A stretch of DNA of 64,000 bases from Gnetum montanum (lineage: Eukaryota > Plantae > Gnetophyta). This document shows positions 52,651 to 64,000 of this stretch, piece after piece; the stretch's first letter is position 1; every line of letters starts with the position of its first letter. Below the pieces are notes generated by a model. That model was given only the letters and a program-made list of their open reading frames with translations, made no database searches and was not told the origin of the DNA. The DNA is taken from contig MNCI01002172.1 of NCBI GenBank assembly GCA_015680685.1, forward strand, positions 596,507 through 660,506. Direction: 5' to 3'. The position numbers and the translations under genes were made by a program.

Positions 52651-55600
52651 TGATGAATAGATCCTATGCCCAACCATATGAATCACTAAGTATTCACGTG
52701 TAAGTTGATTGAATTTTGTGGACTTATAGCCTTCTAAGTACACTGGTCTCTAGGAAGTGAAACTAAATGTTGCAATTGTTGTCTTCCCAATTACACTTGT
52801 GAAATGCAAAGGTATGGTTAAGTGCAATTGAGGCATATGATTTTTATCATCTTTATGTTTTGTATTTTAAGTTGTCTAAGGATGAAAAATAATGAATAAA
52901 ATAAAATAATTAAATTGCTAATTTAATCTAACTAGCTACACCTAACCAATCCTAACATAAGCATTTGTTCTTACTTCTCATACACATCCCGAACACATTT
53001 AATGCTATTGGGTTACCAAACATTAAGTATTACTGGGATTACCAAGTGTCAAACGTATGCTAGTAGTGGTTGTACTTATGTGTTTAACTAATCGCTATTT
53101 AATTTAGCTTAATCTAGATTAATTTAGCTTAATTACTTAAAGCATTAAAGAAAATTGCATAAAACATTAAATGCATAAATAAACAACCAATATATTTCAA
53201 AGTACTATAAGATTTATCAGAAAGCTCATCTTTATTGCCGCACACACTACTATGCTAAGGTATAATAGTATTTTAATAAAGATCCATACACTCTTTGACT
53301 CCTACTGTGGGTACTTAGAAAAATATTCTAACTTTCAAATGATTAAACTGTAAGAGCTGCATTATAACTATAACAAAATATGCCATAAACATGGTAGGTG
53401 AGCACATATTTATAGGAAAAAATAGACATTGCATCGACAAGGCCACATCAATGCATTAGATCCCATGTCGATGTAGCCGCATTGATGAGGTTGCATCAAG
53501 GGGGCTACATCGATGAGGCCTCATTAATGTAACCCTAGACATAACTCATCATACCCCCACAACTAAATGAAAACTCATCCTCAAGTGAACAAATGGAGCA
53601 TAAAGTCTATTATAAAATTTTGGAAAGGTATGGGATTATTGGCTATCCATTAGCATACATAAATACAACAACACACATGAACAAATACTAAGTGCTTGAG
53701 TGTACAAAATTAAAATCATTACAAAATTTTTGATGTTTAGGACAATAAAATTAAACACTAAGACAAAAATGATAAACACAATTCCTTTGATGGCATGAAG
53801 ACAAGAAAGAAGTTCAAACAATCCCAGATGATAGAGGTTCCTGAGGCTCCGAAGGACCTTCTCCTGCTTCAAGCAGATGCGGTGGTTGAGGAAGTTTTGG
53901 TTGTCCTATTGCAACTACAACTTCTAGTGGAAGATTGAAGGCATCCAATTGTGCCTTCATCTTCTCCTCCTTACTTCTAGGATTTTTCACAATCCATGCT
54001 ACATTGCGAATGTAAGCCAATGTGGGAACATCCCAAGGATAGGGCATTGCTTGGAACAACTCTTTTACATTGATGAACCAGGCAATAAAAAGTTTGCATT
54101 CAATATCAAATGTCTTTACTACACTCTACAACTCCTAGTTGTCACTCAGTCTCCTAATTAGGTTCTTAACTATAGATCGTTGATTGATGAAGTGTTGCTT
54201 GAGAACATCGAGTTTTGCATTTGCCACCTCAAGCTTTGCTTGGTGTCTTTGTGATGCTTGAACTTAGCCTTGTACAAAAAGTATGAACTAGCCACCTATT
54301 TCTCTAATTCATATCATAGTCATCTAGTAGTCACCATCACCAAATTTTCATAAAGAAGATTAGCAAGCTCCATGTCCTCCGTCATGTCCTCAATCTCCAG
54401 GTCCTTCATGTTGATCTCCACATTGTTGTAGTCATTGAGCCCATCAAATATAGGCTACTAGAAATCTCCTCCTTCCTTAATCTATTGGAGGGCCACATTA
54501 ACTTTTGTATTCATCATTTGAATATGTTTTTCATTGATTTATTTTTGTAGACCAACCTGACCTTTGTAGTGCTTTTTGACTCTCTGAAATTTAAGAGCCT
54601 CATTTTTCTAGGTAGCTACTTCTATTGTAGATTTCTAGCGAAGGGCACAAACTTCCTCCATGGAGAGATTTCTATTTTTGGCTACTAATCTCCTTAGTTC
54701 AATGTTTACACTAGCTAGCTACTCATGCTATTGATGGATGAAATCTTGCATTTGCTACTTTTGCACATCAACATTCTATAGGTAGTGATTCTTTGTAGTT
54801 AAGGTGACATTCTCCTAACAAGTCTAATCCAAGGCCTTTTGGATATTGTGCATGGTGACATCGGCCAAGGATTGATTAAAAATCACTATCTCCTTTGTGT
54901 TCTTAGCCTTCATTAGCTTTTCTTAAAGCTATTGAAAAGCTTCATCACAGGTTGGCATAGGGCTACAAAGTGTAGGATTAGCAAGTTATTTAGCAACCTT
55001 TGCAACTAGGCATTGGTTGTGAGCCAAGGCTATTTTGAGTTGTCCTCCATGATCATGCATTTTCCCCTTGCTTCTAATAGCTTTGATTGGGTTGCAATGA
55101 ATGTATATGGAATGTCAAAGACATCTAGAATCAATTGTCCAGTTCTTACTAGTTGGTCCAACAACTCTTCATGCTAGGTTGCACTTAATTTGCTACTAAC
55201 TATTTCTATGGATGTTTGCACATCTCTAAGTGTAGAAATGTCTAGTATAGATGTCATAGGTGCATTTAATGCCTCATCAATTCTATCAACAACCATCTCT
55301 ACTGCTATCTCCTGCCCATGGTACTACATCACCAAGATAGTTGTCCCCTCTCCCTTATCTAGATGCATCGAAAAAGTAGATGTATTCCAGGAGATGTGTA
55401 AGAATTGCTACTATTGTAAGAGAGAAACTGTTACCTCTTGGGTGCCAGGATTTGATCTCGTGGGAAGCTACATTCTTTGGGCTGAAAAGATTAGCCCAAA
55501 TCCCTCCATCTAGCTAATGGTTCAAGCCTTCATTAAGGTGACTCATCGTTGGGAAATACACAAATTGATCACCATCACTTGTTCTTACTTGCTACTCCTG

Positions 55601-58400
55601 CTCACACAAGAGTTGCTCAGATCTCATGCATTCATTCAAGGGTAGCACAAGACTCTGGCGTTGTTTCATGAGTGGACAATGGAGGTGGTGGTTGCTACTT
55701 CTGTTCCTTGGTTATGGTAGGGGTCATGTTCTTCATCATTTTTTCCCAAGAGGTAGAAGGAGTATGCTATATCATTAATGTAGTAAACTATTCCTACCCT
55801 TTTCCATAATTTTTTGATGAGGCAAGGAAAGGGCAAGGCCTCCCTTCGTTTATTTTTCTTAAAGTACTTTTGTATATCTAGATAGATCAACTGTGGAAGG
55901 CTCATAGGGATTTTTCCACTTAGAGTAGCACATGCACGTGTGGAGAAGGTAGTCACCTTACTAAACCTTACCGTTGGATTTAGGGGATAGGCTGCTATCT
56001 TAAAATATACACACTCCACTGGGATGAATGTGTCATACTCCTTATGGTCCACTCCATAGAATTATTGGGTTCAATCCTTTTCTTCCAAGTCTACTTGTGT
56101 AAAGATCTCTACCAAATTTATTCCAATATTAGACAACCCTAGGGCTTATGCAATAGCTTCCATTAGGTAGGATACCTGAATGTTCTTGATCTTCATAGTG
56201 TCTCCTACCCACCTATAGTTCTAGAAGAGATATGTCTCTTCCATGTTCTACTTCCCACTGGAAGTGATGATTGGCCACATGGGTGAGTTCTATAACTAGG
56301 TCTTGACTTCTAGTGGAGCATGTTCCAAGAATGATCCAAAGTTTAATTTTTGGAGAATTGAACATTATATGTCACGAGGCTTGATCTGATCAAGGTAGGC
56401 TTGAGTTAATGTGACCTCAAGTCTTGGCACCAGTCCTAGTGCCTCATCTCGATGGAATTGTTCTGTTATAGCTACTTCCTAGGGAATCTATCAGATAGAT
56501 TCCACTTTGGGATCCTCTTGAAGAGGTCCTATTGCATGAGTTTTTGCTACTTGCTCTTAGGCTTGCTCTTGTTGCACCCTTCCAACTCTTGGTCATTTAT
56601 CTCTTAGTTGAGATGGTCCTCCTTTTTGTGGGCATTTCGGTTTAGGTGCCATCTATAATCACAACATGACTAAGGATTAGCACTTAATGTGTAACTTTGA
56701 AAAATTTGAAATAGCTTATCTCCATGGGTAGTTGCACTTGGCTAAGTTTTGATCATGGCCGGTTTGATTATTTTAATATTATCTAATTAATAGGTTATTA
56801 GAGTTTGTTGGAAGGGTTTAGCTCTCATAGGTTGATGATTTAATATTATTTTATTTATTAAATCCATGGGAGAGTTAGAAAAATTCTAAAAAATTTTCTA
56901 TCAAAAACCTAAGGTTTGTGGCTCCCATAATGTAAAGTGTACATCTAGAAGGTGCAAGGTTGAAGAATGAAGTGAATTGAACAAACGCTTTGAAAGTTAT
57001 AGGCTCTGAAAGGTTTTGAGCTTTGAAAAATTGCAAAAACTCCCCTTACATTTGAAGCAAATGGCAAATAATTCCTAGTGGTGGGCACTATTCATAGAAT
57101 TTTTTCCTTCATTGACTAGGCCTCATTGACAGGGCCTAGTTGATGTGGTCAGCTGTGTTGATTACGCCTAGTCAATGCGGCTATTGACCATCATTGACCA
57201 AGTTAAAATTTGAAAAAAGAACAAAATTAGAGTTAAATGAAAGCCCAAAAATCCAAGAACATAAGAAAATACATGAAGAGGATTTGAGGATTCACAAAGA
57301 TAGAGAATGATTGGAGAAATGCCTTAAGAAGCATAAAGTTGGATGCAACCGATGTGGAATGCAAAACAATTGATTGTGAAAATGTCTAAGGATAAGGGAC
57401 TTAACTAGCCCAACCAAGAGCTATGTAATTAGGTCCTTCCCATAGAAGGCTTATGCCCTTTCTTCCCTTGAATAACCTTAAATAAGGAGTCCATGGGCCC
57501 CACAATTAATTAATGGTTACGAAAAGCTAACAACCAAAACTTGAAGAATATACCTAAGAATTTCAACATGTCAAACTAAGAAATTAAACAAAAACATAAA
57601 AACTTGTAGTGAGGTGAGTTATGGAGAGCATTGATGGATGAGATAGAGAATGGAATGGATGTCCCAATTATGATCACATGAAGTCCCTTGTGAATTTCAC
57701 CACTTAGTCCAAACCAAAACCAACCACTTTCAGTAACTTTGCATCACCACTCTAGGACCAATCCATCCCCTCAAGACATAAGAATGCTCCAATGAATAAC
57801 CACTATTCCTTATTTGAGAAGAAAAGAGAAGCAAAAAGTGAGAAAGAGCCTTAGTTAGAGGGGACCTTTAGGAATGGTTAACATGCCTTTCTAGTCCCGT
57901 AACTAGTGCTTGTAGCCCATTTATTTTGTCTAAGGGGTGTGCTTTGAATTCTCATCATGTTGTTTTTTTGAACATTTTATGTTTTTTATGAATTTTTATA
58001 TGGGAACCACACCATGCAAAGACTTATTTAACTTCCTGTTATTGGTCAACATAGAATGGTAAGAAATCCATGAAAACACACATGCACTCAAGCATGTAGA
58101 GAGGCATAGAGAGCATTGAATCTCCTTGAAGTCACATCCTTTTCAACCTTTGAATCTTTTCCAAGTTTGAAAACTACCAAGGTCACAAGTTCATTAAAGT
58201 TTTATTAATGAAAAAGGGACCTCATACTTCCAAAATCAAGAAACTCATAGAGTTGATGGGTGGGTGGATGATGTGGACTCACTGCTTGTTCCATGGAAAA
58301 GAAACCTATCTTAGTCATTGGGCATCAAAATTCAAAAATAGAAACTAAAGATTAGCAATAAAAAATATTAGCTATAAACCACCATTAGTAATTAGCTACA
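52651..58400 (-). mobile_element. Athila-like element #3, 3' part (3' LTR ~52651-53551, PPT, accessory ORF, non-coding spacer)
   Basis: The LTR is homologous to 3722-4531, ends CTCATCA and is followed by TACCCCC. The accessory ORF is at 53814-56652. Confidence 0.8.
53814..56652 (-). pseudogene. Athila-like 3' accessory ORF, ~945 codons, disrupted
   Basis: TATAG|ATG MAPKPK start; YFKIAAYP..SGKIPMSLPQLIYLDI..LPFPCLIKKL (55666-56052); C-terminal MPYPWDVP..PRSKEEK (53814-54059). Confidence 0.78.
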
Positions 58401-58439
58401 TCATCATTGAGTCTTGTTGGAAATAAAGCACTTTTATTA

Positions 58440-61400
58440 GAAGACAAGAGAAATTCACATCAAAATAAGGAAAAATAAAAAATAAATTATAAAATATTTA
58501 AGAAAAATAAAAGAAAGTGTATGAAAAATATTAGAAAGTGTATAAAAGAACCAGTAGGGAAATTCATTGGAGAACCAACGAATTATATGATGAAGAAGAC
58601 GAAGTTTGGAGTACTCAATCTGATGTAGGGGTTTCCTATGAACATAAACAAAGACAACATCATCCCAACGCATGAATGCATAACCTACCTAGTGACGATG
58701 AACCCCTACTGGCCACTACAAGCCTAACGCAAATACAAGAGGCTGTTCAAATATCCCGCAATCATTGCAAGGAAAGTCATCTACTCAAGCTTGATTTAAA
58801 CAACTTTCCCAAGTTTTCAGGAGGCTATGATTTAGATCTACAACATCATCTACAAGCCTTCCATGATGCCTATGTATGGAACAACATTGATAATGGATGG
58901 CAAAAACTTAAGCTATTTCCTACGACACTCATTAGCCAAGCAAGAGTATGGTATAGGTCATTAAAACAAAAATCAATTTGATGTTGGCCAACAATTGTAG
59001 AACTCTTCAACGAAAGATATCAAACTTATGCAAGAGTGTTGGCCTTGAGGAGACAAATCCAAGAGTGGAAACAAGGGTAACATGAAACCTTAGAAATGGC
59101 CTTAGAAAGATATCATGCACTATTAAACAACTGCCCAGGCCATGGGTTCTCTAAGGAAAGGTTAATGTATCATATCATAGATGGGCTCTATAATGAAACA
59201 AGGGAGACCCTAGGGATGTATGCCTAAGGTCAACTATACTAGCTCCAAACCCATCAAGTCCAAGATCTTATTAAGTGGATAGCAAAAGAAGAAGGAGAAA
59301 TGGCTAGATGGGAGAAAATTGAAAAATCTCAACAAGTCCAAAACGTTAAATAATCAAGGGCCCATGATAATGAAAAAGAGAAATCAACTCATCACAAGGA
59401 GGTGGAACCATCTTTGCTAGTATTACAATCATTGTATGAAGTTGAGGAAAAGATCAATAAGATGATGGAATGGATGCATAAAAAATGTGGAGAATATGCC
59501 AACGTTATTGGAGGTAGAGTCATGACAAACCAAGAAATAGGACAAAACACCCTTAGACAATCAGAAAGAAGGGTAGAAGAGAATAAGAGCTCAATTGCCA
59601 ATCATACGTATCAATGCAACATTCCCTGTACGATCACCCTAAGGGCCAATGTTCAATCTTGTCACATTTACATGAGCATTGGGGAAGAATGTTACATCTA
59701 GAGTTTGTACAAAAATACTGTGTTCAATCATAGTGGAGACAATCCCAGTCATGGGGAAGGCCACTCCCAAACTAGTTACACCCTCCATACCATCTGAACC
59801 TAAGTGCTTATCAAGTCCAACATCCTGTTTCCCCAACCAGGTCAATATCCTCTATCTCGCCACATTATTATTATTCTCCTCAATATTATCACCTCGTATC
59901 CTCACCAATAGGACCACCACCTTGTGTACCTTACACTTCTCCTCAATTTCAAAATTCTCATCCTTCACCTCCTTCTACATTGCCACTAAGTGTTCCAAAG
60001 GGTTTTGCACCACATCACCAACCCACGAATGTTACTTGTGCTACTACTGACAACAACAGTGGGGGATCTCCTCAACATCAAAGAACCCCTTCTTTAGGCA
60101 TGACCATAAGAAGAGATAGCACAATTTTGAAACCACTACATCCACCAACTCAACCACTGCATCTTCCTCTTCGAACCTAATGCCTCATGTTACCTTATTA
60201 GGGCCACCACTCAATACTCCAACAACCATGGGACCCAATGAATATAGCCACATGGGGAGACATGTTAATCCTTGCATACCATCTTACTGTCAAGAGTTCC
60301 ATAGTGGGTTAGCCACTCATCAATTAACTACACCTTATAACCTGTCCCACTATGCCAACCTTAATCTAGTGTGTGAACCCCAATGGGGTAAGTATGACCA
60401 AGTTCCAATAGTTCCAACATGCAAGGATCCCAATCTTCCATTTATTAATTCTTTCCATACTCAACCATTTAGTTATGGGGGGTATCCCCCATTCTAACAA
60501 CAGCAGAATTAATAAATGTTTTCCTTTTCTTTAATTTTACAATTTTTTATTTTCCAGTCTTGCATCTTTCAATTTATTGTTTTGTCTTTTTGTCTTCTTA
60601 TGAGTAATCTCATCTATGAATAAAACACTCATGTGGCTCGTTGGTTGAGTTTTTGTTCTATGTTATCAAGTCTCAGGTGACTAATTATTTGAATAGCAAG
60701 CCACAACATTCACTCCCCCATTCTATTAATAAGAGGTTCCACTCTAGGTACAATGATATCCATAATCATTAAAACTTAAAGTAATTTTGTGCTCATTATG
60801 CCTAGAGTGAAGAATGATGGACCAAGAAGGAATGGCTAGGGTGTGACATCAAGGGGATTTGTGGATTCTCTTTGGTGGCATTTGCAAGAGTTAGCATGTA
60901 GCTTGGTTGTACTAAGATCCTTGTATATTTAACGAAAAATGGGAGTAAGAGTAACCAAAAGGCACTCAACTAGAAAAAACAATGCTATTCTAGAGGGTCC
61001 CACTAGAAAGACATGCACCCATGCCTGAAGGTAGGCATGTTCTATGGCTTAAGCATTACATAAAAAAAAAACATTAGTTCTACTAAGAAAAAATCACTCC
61101 TCCCTTGGATGAAATGCTAAGTGATCATACGCCTTGTTGTCATAGTGCTCTTATGGTTGTCCAACATGGGAATAAGCAATGATATGTTATTGTTCGTAGG
61201 AATGGACTTGGTCCTGATTTTGGAGTGATGGGAAAATGACACACTAATCATGCCTTACATGCAGGATTCATTGTGCCCTAAGTCCGTTGCCTCATGTCCT
61301 AATCTCTACAATCCCTTCTACGATTTGCCTCACCTTGTTGTTCGTGTAATTGTGACTTGTGACTTGGGTAGCATGGGATTCATATCTCATCACAGTGATA

Positions 61401-64000
61401 TCTACATCATGTGTATGTTTTGTGAGATAGGTGTGGATTACATTTAACCCTTCTAGTGCCTACAAACATTTTAAGATGTGGTTATGCAAGGGCACTATAG
61501 GTTGGAACTTGCTTTGGGGAGGACCCACTTACGTAACCCTTGTAATTTGCAGTTGTAACACATCTCTCACACATCATCTTATACTCTCTCTAAGTATTAC
61601 CAATTCTCCTCTTTCCCTTATCATCCTTCTGGTTCAAACATTCCTATGAGCTAACACATGTCCTTTTTCCTTCTACTCTTCATGATTTCATTATCAAATT
61701 TTACACCATTATACTCCTTGTGCCTTCCGGACTAGTTTATATTACCCTGGAATCCTTTACATTGACCTACAAATCCATGTCCTTAGTTTATACCTTGGAG
61801 TTTCAAAAAATTTGTAAATTTTTCAAGTACCCTATTTTCAATAGGACCTGATATCCGGTCCTTGATACTGGGTTGGATGTGACATTGGGTTCTGCTAGTG
61901 GGTACATGATATTGTGTCCTTAAAATATAATATATGGATCCCCTGTGAACATCAACATCATTTGCAACTATTCACGCGGGGGAGTTTTTCAATTTTTCTT
62001 CTACGACTTGCAATTGTGCATCTCTTGTTTCAATAACCATAACTCGCTCGCTAGTGCTCTGATTTTCATTATGTTTGAACCTACTTGAACTTGGAGTGTT
62101 CAACTTAGTTGTGGGGGAGGGGTACATGCTGAATTGTGCATAAATTTTTTGAAATTCATCATCACCCAAAGGACACTATCAAGGGTAATCAATTATTAAA
62201 ATAATAAACATGTGCCAAGAACAATTTCATCTCCTTATCTGTACTAAGAAATTAAACTTTAAAAGAACCTATGCAAAGTGGGCTAAATAATAAAACCTTT
62301 TGGGGACATTTCCATAAAATCTCTAACTTTAAATCACATAGAATAAAAAATAGATTCATTAAGGTAAGGAGCAAGGTATAACTTAACCTTGGTAAGCAAC
62401 CTTACTAATGATTAGCCCTGTGTGATTGCAGATGGCCCCAAAGCGTGGACAACAAGAAGGTCCTTCTCAAGGTGTGTTTAAGTGACCCATAAGAGCTAGA
62501 AGATAGGTGTCTGCTGAACAACATACAAAGTAGGATGCACAATCTTTTAGTATCCATCAAGAGACTCCTGCCATGGTACAATCAGGATAGGTAGAAGGTG
62601 GAGCTGTTGTAGTGCTTGAACAGGGAAAACACCTCATGTTGCCCCTGGAGTATGTTTAGGCCATCCATGAAAGGTCCACATTTGCTGTAGTGATCGTGGA
62701 ATTGAACTTTAGACCTTTCATAGAATTCACTTCTGAGGCCATTACGGACCAGCTCAAAGGATCTCCATTATGGCCTATCCTCTCTGAAAGCGGTGCCTGG
62801 TACTTAAAAGAAATGTACCAATTTTGGCATAATAAAGAAGAAGGCACTACAGTTGACATTTGTGGTGTGTTTGTTGATTTTTCCATTGAAGCTATTTTGG
62901 AAGTGTTAAACCTTCCAAACATAGGGCCAAAGGTTGCTCATTTTTCTACTCGCTCTGATGCTGATGTGAGAAGGGTTTTGTTAGATAGGGAATACGGTAA
63001 GGAAGATAAGATATATGGAGAATATATGTTGGAAGAGAGAATCTACTTTAAAATTGGAAGTTATCACATCTTTTCCACAAAAGGATCAAATAGAATTTTG
63101 ACATATGTGGTAAGAGGAAGTGCAATATTGATGGGAAAGGTTGATGCTAACCTACCTCATCTATATTTCATGGAGATCTTAAGGCGATTTGAAGAATGCA
63201 AGATAGGGAAGTTTACGTTGCCCTTTTCTTGTCTCATTAGGAAGCTATGCAAGCATGCTGGTATTTAGGGATACATAAATGACATCCTCAGAAGAGCCCA
63301 AAATGCTTCGTATACCAAACTGCTGAAGCCACCAGCTGCAAGGAAAAGTGCTGGTAAGACACTAGAGCCAAAACAAGAGCAAGAACAGATGGTGGGGCTA
63401 ACTACAACTCAACTTGTAGGGCCTAGCCAACTTCCAAGCATAGGACCCAGTCAACATTAAGAAGTAGGGCCTAACACGAGCCAACGAGATTAACCACCAC
63501 TATCGCCACAAGATTACTGACCGTCGATGAGCCATCTCAAGGCCATCACTGAGATGGTCAGTTGGGGAAGTTGTGATGATGCAAATCTCTTCCACATCAT
63601 CAACGATACCGCACGGTCCACTGTTTCTATAGATCGTGCATGGGGTGAGGTGTCCATTCAGACTGGAGGAGGGGAGACTTATTGGTTGCAAAAAATTTTA
63701 GGGAACGTTGCATCCTTTTAGGTACAACTGGAGACTGGTGAAGGGGCCATAGTTGTGGTCATGCAGCACTAGGATGCAGCGAGAGCCACAGAGGTGGTCA
63801 TAGATCCCATCAAAGAATATTTTAATGTTCCTATTGTGTCACTGGTAGATTTCATATGGGCATGGGATGCTTAAAATCTGGTCAGTCCCTCAATGACTCC
63901 TTCAAAGCATGAGGATGTGCTTGATTGATTACTACAAACAAGATAGGTGATGATGTCCTTGTTTAACATCCCACAGAATATTATGGTAGCATAATCAGAC
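58440..64000 (+). mobile_element. Athila-like element #4, internal part: gag (~58676-60500), no pol, spacer, then accessory ORF from 62432 to the window end
   Basis: gag LDLNNFPKFSGGYDLDLQHHLQAFHDA..KLKLFPTTL..ARVWY. The spacer at ~60800-61050 is homologous to the post-integrase spacer of element #2. Confidence 0.8.
62432..64000 (+). pseudogene. Athila-like 3' accessory ORF, N-terminal part
   Basis: TTGCAG|ATG MAPKRGQQEGPSQ start. ORF 62690-63268 reads WYLKEMYQFW..GVFVDFSIEAILEVLNLPNIG..YFKIGSY..LPFSCLIRKLC. Confidence 0.8.

Overview
This is AT-rich land-plant nuclear DNA (species not determinable) with a 31-N gap at 28061-28091. It is mostly nested, heavily C>T/G>A-mutated Ty3/gypsy LTR retrotransposons of two kinds: Athila-like (tRNA-Asp PBS where present, large sense 3' accessory ORF; four copies or fragments) and Tat/Ogre-like (one full-length 14.6-kb copy with paired LTRs, TSD, tRNA-Asn PBS and an extra archaeal-type RNase H, plus two fragments). 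The only intact host gene found is a 3-exon, 76-aa CYSTM (Cys-rich tail-anchored) gene on the minus strand (26645-27376) in a CpG-rich island; the ORF track misses it. The main finding is in the full-length Tat/Ogre-like element. Between protease and RT, in what looks like the element's own intron, it carries a spliced ANTISENSE gene of at least 5 exons. That gene encodes an FCP1/NIF-type (HAD) phosphatase-like domain with degenerate catalytic motifs, fused to a plant-transposon/PMD-like domain. Antisense spliced remnants lie at the same position in the two other Tat fragments. All domain calls come from manual translation and motif recognition, not database searches.
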